From positions 3,782,001-3,846,000 of the forward strand of contig NW_024704771.1 of NCBI RefSeq assembly GCF_018977255.1: a stretch of DNA of 64,000 nucleotides. The letters are read 5' to 3'. The stretch's first letter is position 1, and every line of letters starts with the position of its first letter. This stretch comes from Callorhinchus milii. Its lineage: Eukaryota. The position numbers were made by a program, and so were the translations under genes. A model generated the notes under the pieces. The model worked only from the letters and a program-made list of their open reading frames with translations, was not told the DNA's origin and searched no databases. Positions 49,898 through 61,737 of the stretch are shown here, in pieces.

Positions 49898-52800
49898 GCT
49901 GAGTCAGAAGGTTGTGGGTTCAAGCCCCCCCACGTCAGGTCTAAGCTGATGCTCCAGCGCAGCTCTGGGGGGGGGGGAGTGTTCCGTTGTCGTAGACCCC
50001 GTCCTTCGGATGAGACGTTAAACCGTCTGCCTTTTCTGGTGGACGTTTTAAGTTATCTCATCCATTATTCGTAAGGGGAAGGGAGTTTCTCTCTCTCTCT
50101 CTCTCTCTCGCTCTCTCTCGCTCTCTCTCGCTCTCTCTCTCTCTCTCTCCCGGTGTCCTGGCCAACAATCCCCCAAATAAATCGGTGCTCTGAATCCACA
50201 GCTATTTGTGGGACGCTGCTGTGCGCAAAACGGCTGCCAGTTTCAATCACAAAATACACAGTCACTCCGCTTTACAGTACGGTCTGCGAAGCGCTTTGAG
50301 ACGTCTTGAAGACACGATGAGGCGCTTTATCAAATGCAAGGTTTATCATCATTATTATTATTCGTCCAACTAATCCGTGCTGGAGTTTATACTCCACGTG
50401 AGTATCCACACACTCCTTACTCTCTCTCCCGCACTCCCTCCGGGTTGGTTGGCAGTTTGCCCACAAAACACACAGTCAGTCGTGCTCTGTCACAGTTAAG
50501 CGCTCTGGGTCCCAAGTTGTTGTTGTAATGGTGGACTTCCCTCAAATAATAATAATAATAATAATAATCTTTGCATTTGGTACAGCGCCTAATCACGCCT
50601 TCGAGACGTCTCAACGCGCTTCACGGTAAAGTGCAGTGACTGTGTATTTTGTGGGCGAAACATGGCAGCCAGTTGCGCACAGCTTGGATTGCTCACACTT
50701 GAAGGGTGCTCTGGGGTGCGAGTTTACGTCAAGGCTCTCGCTGTCCCAGTAACACGATCTTTCTTTCCGTTTTGTTTTGCAGAACGCGATGGACTCAACG
50801 ACAACATCGCGAGGACTGGTGAGTGAGATCGGAGTGTAAGCCTTTGCACTTCGCGACCGCGGTCCGTCTGCAGAGGAAAGAGAGAGTAACATCATATGGG
50901 ACCGCATGATTTACACACGGTGTCCTGTAGTGTAGTGGTTAGAGCGCTCGCCTCGCAAACGAGAGGATCTGGGATCGATTCCCGGACAGGGTGAAATGTT
51001 AGGCAACTTTCATTACTCCACACACACACACGCACACACGCGCGCGCCTCCGTTTACCCAGCAGTAAGTAGGAATCCGCTTGTCAGTCGATTGACAGATC
51101 GCTTTTCCGGTGTAATAATCCCTTAAAAAAAACGAATAGTAATCTGGTGACTCAATCCACGACTGTTTGTGGGGACGCTGCTGTGCGCAATTGGCTGCCG
51201 TGTTTCTCCCACAAAATATACAGTCAATTCACTTCACAATGTATTCCGTGAAGAGCTTTGAGACGTCTCGAAGACGTGATGAGGTGTTGTTGCATCAAAT
51301 GCAAGGATTATTATTATTATTATCATCATCATTATAAGGTTCAGGTTCTAAAACATCCTTTTTCATCCACAGATGAGAGTTTGAAGCTTATTACGAACGG
51401 TAGGTACAAGTCAGGCAATCACAGTAAAGCTCACATTTCAGCAAATTGATGAAAAGCCGTTGGTGGGAGCTTTAAAATGTGGGAATTCTGAGCAGATGGA
51501 AGTGAAAATTGAAATCGGAGATCATTGAAATCTGCTCAGGTGTGAATCATTCAGCAACGAGACGTCAGCAAACGTATGTTGGTTGATTGGCGGATTGTTT
51601 TCCGGGGGTAGTAATCCCTTAAGAAAAATAACAATTTAGACACGCAGTCCACGACTGTTTGTGGGGACGCTGCCGTATGCAATTGGCTGCCACTTTTCTC
51701 CCACAAAATATACAGTCAATTCACTTTACCGCATATTCTGTGAAGCGCTTTGAGACGTCTCGAAGACGTGAGTAGGCGCTACATTGAATGCAAGGATTAT
51801 TATTATTATATAACGTAAACAGGAGCTCAGACACTGATGTCCACTCCTGACATTGCTTTTAAAGGACTGTGGAATAAAATTAATAACTTTATTTCTTAAG
51901 ATGTTATTTATTCTCATTTGCTTTAGACCGGACACAACTTAAGAAGGCGCTGGGTAAGTGTTTCCTTCAGTCTCCTCCTCCCGGTATTGTGAGTGTGTTT
52001 CTGTCTGCGCAGATAAATGTGTAAAGAATATAAATACATTAATATAAGTAAATATACAGAATCTCCAAAGTCAGCAGTTCCTATAACAATGTGATTGTAA
52101 ACTCCTGTCACTGTTTCACACAAAACATTGAATTCTTCAAAACATGTTCTTACGTTCAATGTTTTTTCTGAAACGTTGTTAAATATTATTATCCGTCCTT
52201 TGGATGAGACGTTAAATCGAGGTCCCGTCTGCCTGTTCGGGTGGACGTTAAAGATCTCCTGCGGCACTATTCGAAAAGAGGAGTTTCTCTCTCTCTCTCT
52301 TTCTCTCCTGGTGTCCTGTCCAACAATCCTCCAAATAAAAAAAATACGAGTTACTATCTCCATGTTGGTTTGTGGTCACTGCTGTGTGTAGTTGCGATGC
52401 CACGTTTCGCCCACAAACCACACTTTATAGGATAAACCCCTTGACGTCCTGTCACCTCCCTACCTCTCTGACCTGCTTACTCCCCAACCCACCACCCGCT
52501 GCCTCCGCTCGAGTGGCTCCGGCCTCCTGCTTGTCCCTCGTCCCCTCCACTCCACCATCGGTGGCCGCGCTTTCAGCCACTACGCCCTGAAACTCTGGAA
52601 CACTCCTCCCTCTACCCCTCCACCTGGTCCCCTTCCTTCCCCATCTTCAGATCCCACCTGAAGACCTTCCTCTTCGACGGTGTTTACTGTCACCTCCCCC
52701 ACACCCCCAGCGGCGGCGGCTTGGCATCGCGCTCCGCCACTGGGGTGTGACCCTGCCTGAGGAGTGCTGTATAAAAGCAAGTTGTTGTTGTCAGTGTGGC

Positions 52801-55800
52801 ACTCCAGCTGCCAGCAACGTTCCCTGCTTGTGGTCTCGGAGCCGGGTCTAACGTGTTGGGGAGTTGTTGGGCGTTAGAAATCCCGCCTGGCGTCTGTTCC
52901 AATCGAAAACGTTAGCCACAAAACCCTTTTCTTTTTTGGTCATTTTCAGATATTGAGAAACGCTGCACTGAATCAGGTCTGAATACTGCTCAACACTCAG
53001 CCTCCGCGAGACACCGCGACTGTTACTGTCGTGGCATTACATTCAGACACCACAGCGCCCGCCTCTGACCCCATCTCACACCCAATGTCCCCCAAACCTT
53101 CTTCGCGCCTTCCACCTCCCGACGGCTTCTCAAACACCTCCCTCCCCTGTCTCCCCAGCTCCACCCATTCATCTGCAGGCTACACCCTTCTCTTCAAACC
53201 CCCCCCCCCCCCACCCCACCCCCAACGCCTCTGCCCTCGCCAGGCTCCACTGTGGCTCTGTCTCCCCCAGTGGATCAATTTCAAGGTGGACTCCTATGGT
53301 GTAATGGTTAACCTAACCCTAACCCTAACCCTAACCCTAACCCTAACCCGGTTGTTAGTCGATTGGCAGATCGCTTTCCAGGTGTAATATCCTTTAAAAA
53401 ATTTGCTGTTACTCAATCCACAGCCTGTTCGCTGGATGCAATTGACTGCTTCGTTTCGCCCCCCCCCCAAAAAAAATACAGTCAATCCACTCTGTGGAGC
53501 GCTTTGAGACGTCTCAATGATGCGATGAGACCCTATGTCAACTGCAAGGATTATTATTATTGTTATTATTATTATTGCATGATTTACGAGCATCTCACAC
53601 TCCCTTTTTTTTTCAAAAAGCTCCCATTGCCTCTGTCCTCGCCAGGCTCCACTGTCTCCCTGTCTCCCAAGGGATTTTAAATCCCTTGCCCTCACCTATA
53701 AACCCCTATACACCTCCAGCATCTCCCTATATCTGCGATCTTCTCCTACCCCGACTCTTCCACTCCCCCCCCACCCCCACTCATCAACTCGAGTTGATTG
53801 CCCTCCGCTCCCACTATCAGTGACCGAGCTTTCAGCTTGTCCTACTCTGACCAAAGTTTGTGTGTGTGTTTTTCCAGAGTGGGACAAATATCGCAAATGC
53901 AACGGTAAGCCACTGTTACAGTAAATGCAGATTGAAATATCTAAGCTGCTTGTAATCGATCCTGGCCTGTGGGGCAGCCTGTAGCTGTCAGCCGTGTCCG
54001 CTCTGCCTTTTTCTTTGCTCAGCCGGGTGTCCGACGCACGCGGAAACCCATCACCGTTGCTTAAGAGTCTCCAAACCAAGCTGAGAATTCCATACACCCC
54101 ACCTACACCTGGAAATCCCAGAGATAGATTGTTGGAATGGAATCCGCACTCTCTCCCTGGAGAGGGAGGCATCTTGCTGACCTAATTCCGGAGAGTATTA
54201 GGCGCCGGTTGGTAAGAGCCAAGGCTTGGGTGGAGCCCAGAGTGTGCGTTGGGGGAACTGCTGGAGTCCAACCAGCTAAACCACATAGTTTGCCATCGAT
54301 ATCACCGTCCGGCCAAGCTTTCCCGCTGTTTGTTCAGCTGGGACCCCCGCGATCCACGGCTTGCAGGGTTACCAGGAGCTGAGCGGGAAGATTCCTTGCC
54401 CCCCAGTGACTGGTCTGCCCTTCCAGGACCTGCAGACTTAAATCACCGCTGAATAACCTCTTGTTGCAGTTAAATAGATGCAGGTTTTACCTGCGCTAAC
54501 CGAGCTGTCACGTGTTTCTTTCAGATTGCAAGAATCAACTGGAACAATTTGGTAAGATATTGCCGATCAAAGAATGTATTTAACACTTTGCCGCAAATAA
54601 AGGTCCATCCCAGCCTACGTTACAGTGAGGGGCTGTAGTGGGGGTTGACTGTGCATGTGCTCACCAGGGGTGGGGTAAATTGGGGGCTGTTTCCTGCACA
54701 AGATGAAAAATTGGCCAACTTCCAAGTCGTCAGGTCACCGCGGAAGCTCAACAGGTGCAAAGCGGGAAGTGACATCGGCAGTGACCCTATTACAACAAAA
54801 ATATTACATTTATCTATAGAGCGTCGCTCACGTCGGGAGGACGTCCCAAAGCGCTGAACAGTCAGGGGTCAGGACCTGAGCACGGGGGAGGGGGTGGGGT
54901 TGGGGTGAGGGAAGGCAGAGAGGTGGGAGGGCGACTGAAGGCACGATCGAAGAGAAGGGTCTTGAGACCGGCCTTGAAGGAGGCAACAGCAACAACAACA
55001 AGATTGCATTTGTATAGCGCCTTTCGTGTCGGGAGGGCGTCCCAAGGCGCTGGACAGGGCATAGCATTTCAGACCTGAGCTGGGGTCGGGGGGGGAAGGG
55101 GGTGACCGATGAAGGGAGGAAGCGAGGCGAAGGGACTGTGGGGTGGAGTTCCAGACTGTGGGGGCAGAGAGGCTGAAAGTAACAGGAAGTAGGAGGTTTC
55201 TGTGCAGGGCCTGTAGTCGGAGAGACCAGTGGGCCATGACTCACAAACTCATTGGAGATCAGTGGTTAGAGCACTCGCTTTGCAAGTGAGAGACCTGAGT
55301 TCAATTCCATGCAGAGGGCCAAACCTCGGGCAAGTTTCCTTACTCCACACAGAGCCTAATAATAATCCCTCCAAAACCAAAAACAATAATAAATTGGTCA
55401 TTTTCAATCCACGACTGTTTGTGGGACATTGCTGTGCGCAATCGGCTGCCGCGTTCGCCCACAAATATACAGTCAATTCACTTTACAGTGTGTTCTGTGA
55501 AGCGCTTTGGGATGTCCTCCCGACGTGAAAAGCGCTATATCAAATGCAAGGATTATTATTGTTATTATTATTGACCGGTGCTCGCGATGTGAATAGTGTC
55601 CACAAGTTGTGGTAGCAGTATTTTGACTGTTCCAACAGGTCTGCCCTTTGTGTAAATTTTACAACATGCCAAAGTATTGTCTGAGCTCAAATTCTGCTGC
55701 CGCCCCTTGCGTTTGATATAGCGCCTTTGAGACGTCTCAAAGTGCTTCACAGAATATACTGCAAATTGGATTGACTGTGTATTTTGTGGACGAAACGCGG

Positions 55801-58788
55801 CAGCCAATTGTCGTGGATTGAGCGATCAAATTAAAAATAAAATATTTTTTGAAAGGTATTATTACCTCCGGAAAAGCGATTCACCAATCCACTGACAACC
55901 GGGTTCCTACTTACTGCTACAACAACAACAACAACAACAAGATTTCATTTATAGAGCGCCTTTCACGTCGGGAGGACGTCCCAAGGCGCTGGACAGTTGG
56001 GTCGGGACCTGAGCAGTGGGGGAAATGGACAGGGGTGAGGGTGAGGGGCGAGAGGGGGGAAATGGTCAGGGTGAGGGGAGGGAAGGGAGGGAGCGAGGAG
56101 GGGGTAGAGAGTCGAGAGGGGAGCTGAAGGCACGGTTGAAGAGAAAGGTCTTGAGACCGGCCTTGAAGGAGGAAAGGGAAGAAGCGGCGAAGGCACTGGG
56201 GGATGGGGTTCCAGAGCCTCGGGGCTGAGAGGCTGAAGGCCCAGCCACCGATGGTAGCGCGGTTGGGGCGGGGGATGTGGAGCAGACCGGAGCCAGAGGA
56301 ACGGAGGGTACGGGCAGGTAAGTAGGGGGATAGTAGGTCGGAGAGCTCGGTAAACAGAGGCGGGTGGAGTAAGGAAACTTACCCAACGTGTCGCCCTGCC
56401 TGGGAATTCAACTCAGATCCTCTTGCTTGCGAGGCGAGTGCTCTAACCGATGCGCTGCAGGACTCCACTGAATGCCGTAATGCTATATTTTGCGACAGAA
56501 TATAAAATCTAACCAAACCCAGACTGAATAATTCTTTCTGTTTTCCAGAGGGAAGCAGACTCGGGCCAAGTACAGGTAAGAGACTGTGTGATAATCCGCT
56601 TCAGGCTGAGTGTTGGAGATGGTTTGTGTCAATTTATAATGATTACAACGTGTAATCACAGGACATGTTATAACCCAACTGTCCCTACTCTGTGACCACG
56701 CAATATAATGAGTAGTGAAGAATGTCTGACTACTAAAAAGTCACACTCCTTGGCTCAGAGTCAATGACTCCGTCAATGTCTTCACTGCTGTGGATCTGAC
56801 CTCCTCAACCTCCCTGAGCTCTCCCTCAGACTCACCGAACCAGTCCGCAACCTGGGCGTCCGTTTTGACCCCCGGCTGTCCTTCCTCCCCCAATTCCGGG
56901 ACCTGACCAGAAGCACCTTCCTCCACCTACACTACATTGCCTGCCTTCGACTGTACCTTACTCCAACTGCAGGTGAAACCCTCGTGATTGGTTTGTCAAC
57001 TCCTGCCTGGATTACTCCAACACACTCCTCACTGCTCTCCCCAGCTCCTCTGTTCAAATGATCCAGCTCATTCAGAACTCTGCCGCCCGCATACTGACCC
57101 GTTCTGGCCCAGGCTCCACTGGCTCCCCATCACCAAACAGGTCGCCTTCAAGATCCTCATACGTGGGGTTCAAATCCTTTCACTCTCTGGCACCTCCCTC
57201 CCTCTCCGACCTCCTCACTCCCCAATCCACCACCTGGAGCCTTCGCTCGACTGGCACCGACTTCCGGCTGGTCCCTCGCATCCTCCACCCCATCGTAGGA
57301 GGTCGTGCATTCAGCCACTGTGCCCCCGAAACTTTGGAACACTCTCCCTCACTCCCTCTGCCTTGCCCCTTCTCTCCACTTTTTCAAATCCCGCCTGAAA
57401 CCCTTTTCGACCGTGTTTATGGTCACCTTCCCGCTCCGTGTCCCGGCTCGGAGTCAGGCTCTGCCACTGTTAAGCGCTCTGAGACGCCACCCTGCATGGA
57501 GGGCGCTAGATAAGGGTAAGTTGTTGCTGGCATCACTTCCTACACTCTATACATGTGCACTATGTGTGCACCACTGATATCATTTCCTGTTAAATGGTGT
57601 TAGGGGACGTGACATGAGCAATCCTTCCTGTGCATGCACTGGACATGACATCAGGAGTGACCTGGACCGGGAAGTCAAGCCATTTTGTAGCGTAGAAAGC
57701 TCTCTGGTACAGAAGACAGTGGATCACATCCAAGGGGCCGCCCTGTAAATCCTATTAAACACACAGGGTCGATTTCTCTGACCTGCTTATTCCCCAACCC
57801 GCTACCCGCTGCTTTCTCTCAACTGGCTCCGGCCTCTTGTATGGTCCTCCGCTCCACCATCGGTGGCCGCGCTTTCAGCCACTACACCGCAAAACTCTGG
57901 AACACTCTTCCTCTATCCTTCAGCCGTGCCCCTTCCTTCCCCCTCCTCAGATCACACCTGAAGACCTTCTTCTTCAACCGTGGCTTATGGTCATCTCTCC
58001 CCTCTAACCTGTCGGCTTGGTATCGTGCTTATCCACTGTCAAGTGCTCTGGGACGTTACCTTATGTGAGAGACGCTGTGTAAATTCAAGTTGTTGTTCGC
58101 TGGGTGTTTGCTTCACTCAGTAATTGTCAGTGATTGTTTGCATTTGATGTAAAGAGCCGATAATTGTAAACAGGGAAACGGTTGCAATTTCTCTCCAGCC
58201 TCCGTGGTTCTGGACCCAAAGACCGCTCACCCAGACCTCATCGTGTCCCAGGACGGTTTGAGTGTGAGTCTCGGTGACCATCCTCAGAAGGTCGGCAAGA
58301 GCACAAATAGGTTCAGTTCGCACAGGGCTGTCCTGGGAATTGATGCATCCACAGCCGACATACAGAAACTTAACGGATTCGCAACCGGGATACACTCCTG
58401 GGAGGTGGAGCTCGGGAAAAAGACGGCATGGACTATCGGAGTGGCCAGGGAGTCCATCAAGAGGAATGAAAACATCACCCTCACACCTGACAACGGATTC
58501 TGGGTTGTGTCACTGAGCAACGGGGAGGATTATCAGGCTCTTACTTCACCCTCCACCAAGCTGAGCCTCAGTGTGAAACCCGGGAAGATCGGAATTTACC
58601 TGGACTTTGAGGGGGGGCGGGTGTCGTTTTACAACGCTGATAACATGTCTCTCCTCCACACTTTCACCCACGCTTTCACTGAGAGGCTTTATCCTCTCTT
58701 CTGCCCCGGATCAAATGAAAAGGGTACGAATTCTGACCCTCTGAAAATCTGTGCGGTTAACAAGGAAGAAGACCAGTCGGTGGTGTAG
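43688..58788 (+). CDS. Butyrophilin-like type I membrane protein (leader-IgV-IgC-TM-micro-exon stalk-B30.2/PRYSPRY), ~529 aa
   Basis: Exons 43688-43736 (leader [16 protein letters not shown]; in-frame upstream ATG at 43625), 45310-45657 (IgV, 348 nt: [36 protein letters not shown]), 48548-48832 (IgC, 285 nt: [29 protein letters not shown]), 49470-49589 (TM), 50783-50818, 51373-51399, 51927-51953, 52950-52976, 53878-53904, 54525-54551, 56549-56575, 58199-58788 (B30.2: [47 protein letters not shown]). All introns are phase 1 and the frame is open throughout. Confidence 0.92.
45730..46955. repeat. GT-rich tandem repeat containing three N runs (45878-46070, 46097-46469, 46681-46848)
   Basis: Recurrent gtgtgacagcgtgcgtacgtgtgtgt units flank the N blocks; lies in the IgV-IgC intron. 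Confidence 0.85.
46955..48400 (+). mobile_element. L2 LINE fragment (decayed reverse transcriptase)
   Basis: [63 protein letters not shown] across several frames. Confidence 0.88.
49830..50355 (+). mobile_element. DeuSINE (SacSINE1-like), with further Deu-domain fragments at ~4545-4640 and ~52190-52420
   Basis: ctgagtcagaaggttgtgggttcaagcccc head, Deu-like core ccgtccttcggatgagacgttaaaccg...ggtggacgt...cccggtgtcctggccaa, and the shared L2-type tail. Family recognised from memory of the SacSINE1 consensus. Confidence 0.65.
53309..53349 (-). repeat. Short interstitial telomeric array, TAACC + (TAACCC)6 = (TTAGGG)n on the minus strand
   Basis: Six perfect units at 53314-53349, embedded in a SINE. 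Confidence 0.9.
55254..55573 (+). mobile_element. tRNA-Ala-derived SINE, young subfamily
   Basis: Near-identical to 30345-30674; head slightly clipped. Confidence 0.8.
56740..57520 (+). mobile_element. L2 LINE 3' fragment; many more at ~10860-11110, 17410-17690, 20200-20760, 23500-23960, 26100-26330, 29190-29700, 40740-40985, 52430-52790, 59160-60150, 62950-63460
   Basis: [36 protein letters not shown] motifs. Confidence 0.75.
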
Positions 58789-61659
58789 AATTGCTGACCC
58801 TTTTGATCGTCTTTGAGCTGTTATCATCTTAAGCTTTTACTCAATGTACGAAATAGGCGTAAGGTTCTGCAGAACTCAAAGATTTGATCGGGTGACTATC
58901 GCGAGGTGTGTTATTTCTCTGTGAGAGACGTGACCTCTCACAATTTGGTATTCATAGATTCATCGATTCATAGAATGTTATGGCACAGAAGGAGGCCATT
59001 CGGCCCATCGAGGCTGTGCCGGCTCTTTGACAGAGCAAGTCACTTTCACTAACCCCAATCACCAGCTTTCTCCCCATAACTCTGCAAACCCCCAGATACC
59101 TATCCAGTTCTCTCTTCTTACCTATGTCCATTTTAAAACATAAAATGCTCTAATAATTGTATTATTGCAATCCAGAACTCCGCTGCCCACATACTCACCC
59201 GCACTAAACTCTGTACCCCCATCAAGCCAGCGCTCGCCAGGCTCCACTGGCTCCCTATCACCAAACGGATCGATTTCAGGATCCTCTCACTCGTCTTCAC
59301 ACCCCACCAATCCCCGTCACCTCCCCACCTCTCCCACCTGCTTACTCCCCAACCCACTTGCATTCGGTAAAGGATGTCAATGAATTGCCTGTACATTTTG
59401 AGGGTGAAAAGTCCGTTCTTGTAAACTGATCACTCCTAATACTGGGATTGTAGGATTAAACCCTACGACAATGTGAAAATCATTTTTATAAACAGTTTTA
59501 CATCAACCTCTTGTATTTTTTCATTGTGTTTGTGTTTTATTAATCCTTTCACGAATCCTTTCAAGATGCCGTGACACTGCTCAAAACGAGAAGGCAGATT
59601 ACAGAACGTGCGGTCAAAGAGTCAGGTCTTGATGTGTCTTGAAAGAGAGTGAGTCGGAGGATGGTTCTCCAGTCAGAGAGGCAAAATGGCGATGATGGGG
59701 CAGGTGGGGTAGTGGGTGGGGGGGGACAAGCTGGTATTTGCTGGGCCAAAGGAACGGCTGATTCAGGAGAAAGGCACTATATAAATGGAAGTTGTTCTAT
59801 TAAATGCATATTAGGGCTTCTTAATACATTTTGTGGGCGAAACAGCAGTTCTTGTCGCAGAGGAAAGGTGAGGAGAGGAATGAGGAGAGGAATCCTATCC
59901 TGGTCTCTCCATCGTCTATCCTGCTTTCATTACATGCAAACTCATTGCTTGTCGGCCTCTCCAACTCCTCCCTCCGTAAGCTGCAGATCATCCAGAACTC
60001 TGCAGCCCGTGTCCTCTCCCGTACCAGGCTCCGCGACCCCATCACCCCCATCCTCGCCCGACTCCACCGGCTTCCCATTACACAGAGGATACAGTTCAAG
60101 ATCCTGGTCCTCAACTTCAAAGCCCTCCATGGTGATACCCTTCTCTTCAGCAATGCCCAGTCTCAAACTTGGGGGATGTGCTCAGAATCTCACTAAAATC
60201 TCTCAAATATATCTATACAGTAGGTGACATGCTGTGAAGTGCTTCAAGACGTCTCAATGGTGTGATAATGTGCTGTATTAAATTCAAGGATTATTATTAT
60301 GATGATTGTTAACATTAAACCTTGCATTTGATGTAGCGGCTGATAGTGTCTTTGAGACGTCTCAAAGCACTTCACAGAATATACGGTGAAATGAATTGAC
60401 TGTATATTTTGTAGGCCAAACGCGACAGCCAATTGCACACAGCAGCGTCCCACAAACAGACGTGGATTGAGTGACCATTTTTTTTTGAAGGGACCGTTAC
60501 CCCCGGAAAGTAATAAGTTCCCGCTTACTGATGGTAAACAAAGGCATGTCGCGTAAGGAAACTTGTCTAAAGTTTGCAATGAAACCCAGGTTCTCTCGCT
60601 TGCTAACCACTACTCTACAGGACTCCACAGATGAGGTATTGTGTCCCTGGGGCCAAATTCGCTCCGTCCTGAGAACAGGAACAATCTGAGCAAGAATAAT
60701 AACATTGTTAAACAGACACACATCAGAGAAACACAGCCATTAATCCAACAATCTCCTCCAATAACTGTTAGCATCAGCAATTGTGGTGAGTTCAATTTTT
60801 TGTACGTGTCCCTGGATCTGTTATCTCCGTCCTCGACTACTCTAATGCCCTCCTCACTGGTCACTCCACTATCCACAGACTACAACTCATCTAAAATTCC
60901 ACCACATTTATTCTCACACACACTAAACTTCAACTCCCTCTCACAGAACAAATCAATATCACGATCCTCTCACTCGTCCGCAGATCCCTTGACTCCCTGA
61001 CACCTCCCAACCTCCCCGACCTGCTTACTCTCCACTACATTACCCACTGCCTCCGCTCGCTGGGCTGGCACTGGCCTCCTGCTCGTACCTCGACCACTCC
61101 GCTCCGCCATTGGCGGCCGCACTTTCAGCCACTGCACCCCAGAGCTTTGGAAATCTCTCACCTGTTACCTCTGCCTTGCTCCCACCCTTCCCCTCTTTCA
61201 GATCCTGAATGAAGACCTTCTTCTTCGCCCCTTCCTCCCCCCGCGCCCTCCCCCGCGCACACCTTCCCGGCTTGGCATTAGGCTGAGCCACTGTTAAACA
61301 CCCTGAGATGCTGCCCTACGTGAAGGGCACTGTATAAATACAACAACAAGATTACATTTGTTTAGCGCCTTTCACGTCGGGAGGACATCTCGAGGCTCTG
61401 GACAGTGACAGCATTTCAGACCCGAGTTGGGGTCAAAACTAACATTCTTCCGTGTTTCACCAATGCCATTTTACGTTGTACTTTAAACTACTGGTTTAAA
61501 CACAAATTGTTTCATGAAATACTAAAATACTAGTTGTTCACAAAATATTAGGCCTGGTATGGGTCTCCGCTTGTGTCAGACGCTTGACTGACCCCCAAAA
61601 AGATAGGGTGACAGGATGTAATCTTACATTTTTGGTAATTTAAAAAAAACGTTATAAAC

Positions 61660-61671
61660 GAAAGTGAAAGT
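61660..61671 (+). promoter_or_regulatory. Second perfect ISRE/IRF-E 12-mer
   Basis: GAAAGTGAAAGT identical to 42146-42157, immediately 5' of the IgC remnant; the flanks are not homologous to the first site. Confidence 0.4.
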
Positions 61672-61737
61672 AACATTCTTCCTTGTTTCACCAACGCCAT
61701 TTTATGTTGTCGTGAAACTTCTTGTCCCAAACTGCAG

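Noticed and set aside
51555-51573. Extra candidate micro-exon cag|CAACGAGACGTCAGCAAAC|gtatgt
   Set aside because: 19 nt would break the frame, and the sequence overlaps a SINE remnant.
58309-58720. His in RFSSH aligns with the BTN3A1 phosphoantigen-pocket His (RFNWH)
   Set aside because: By my recollection of BTN3A1, the other pocket residues (EWHIG His, VKM Lys, YRTL Arg, PRT Arg, VFR Arg) align here to T, T, Q, S and C. The basic pocket is absent, so phosphoantigen sensing is not supported.
60641-60787. Open stretch ending ITVSISNC|gtgagt, reminiscent of a RHIM-motif start
   Set aside because: No (I/V)Q(I/V)G core, an in-frame stop just upstream, and no matching acceptor.
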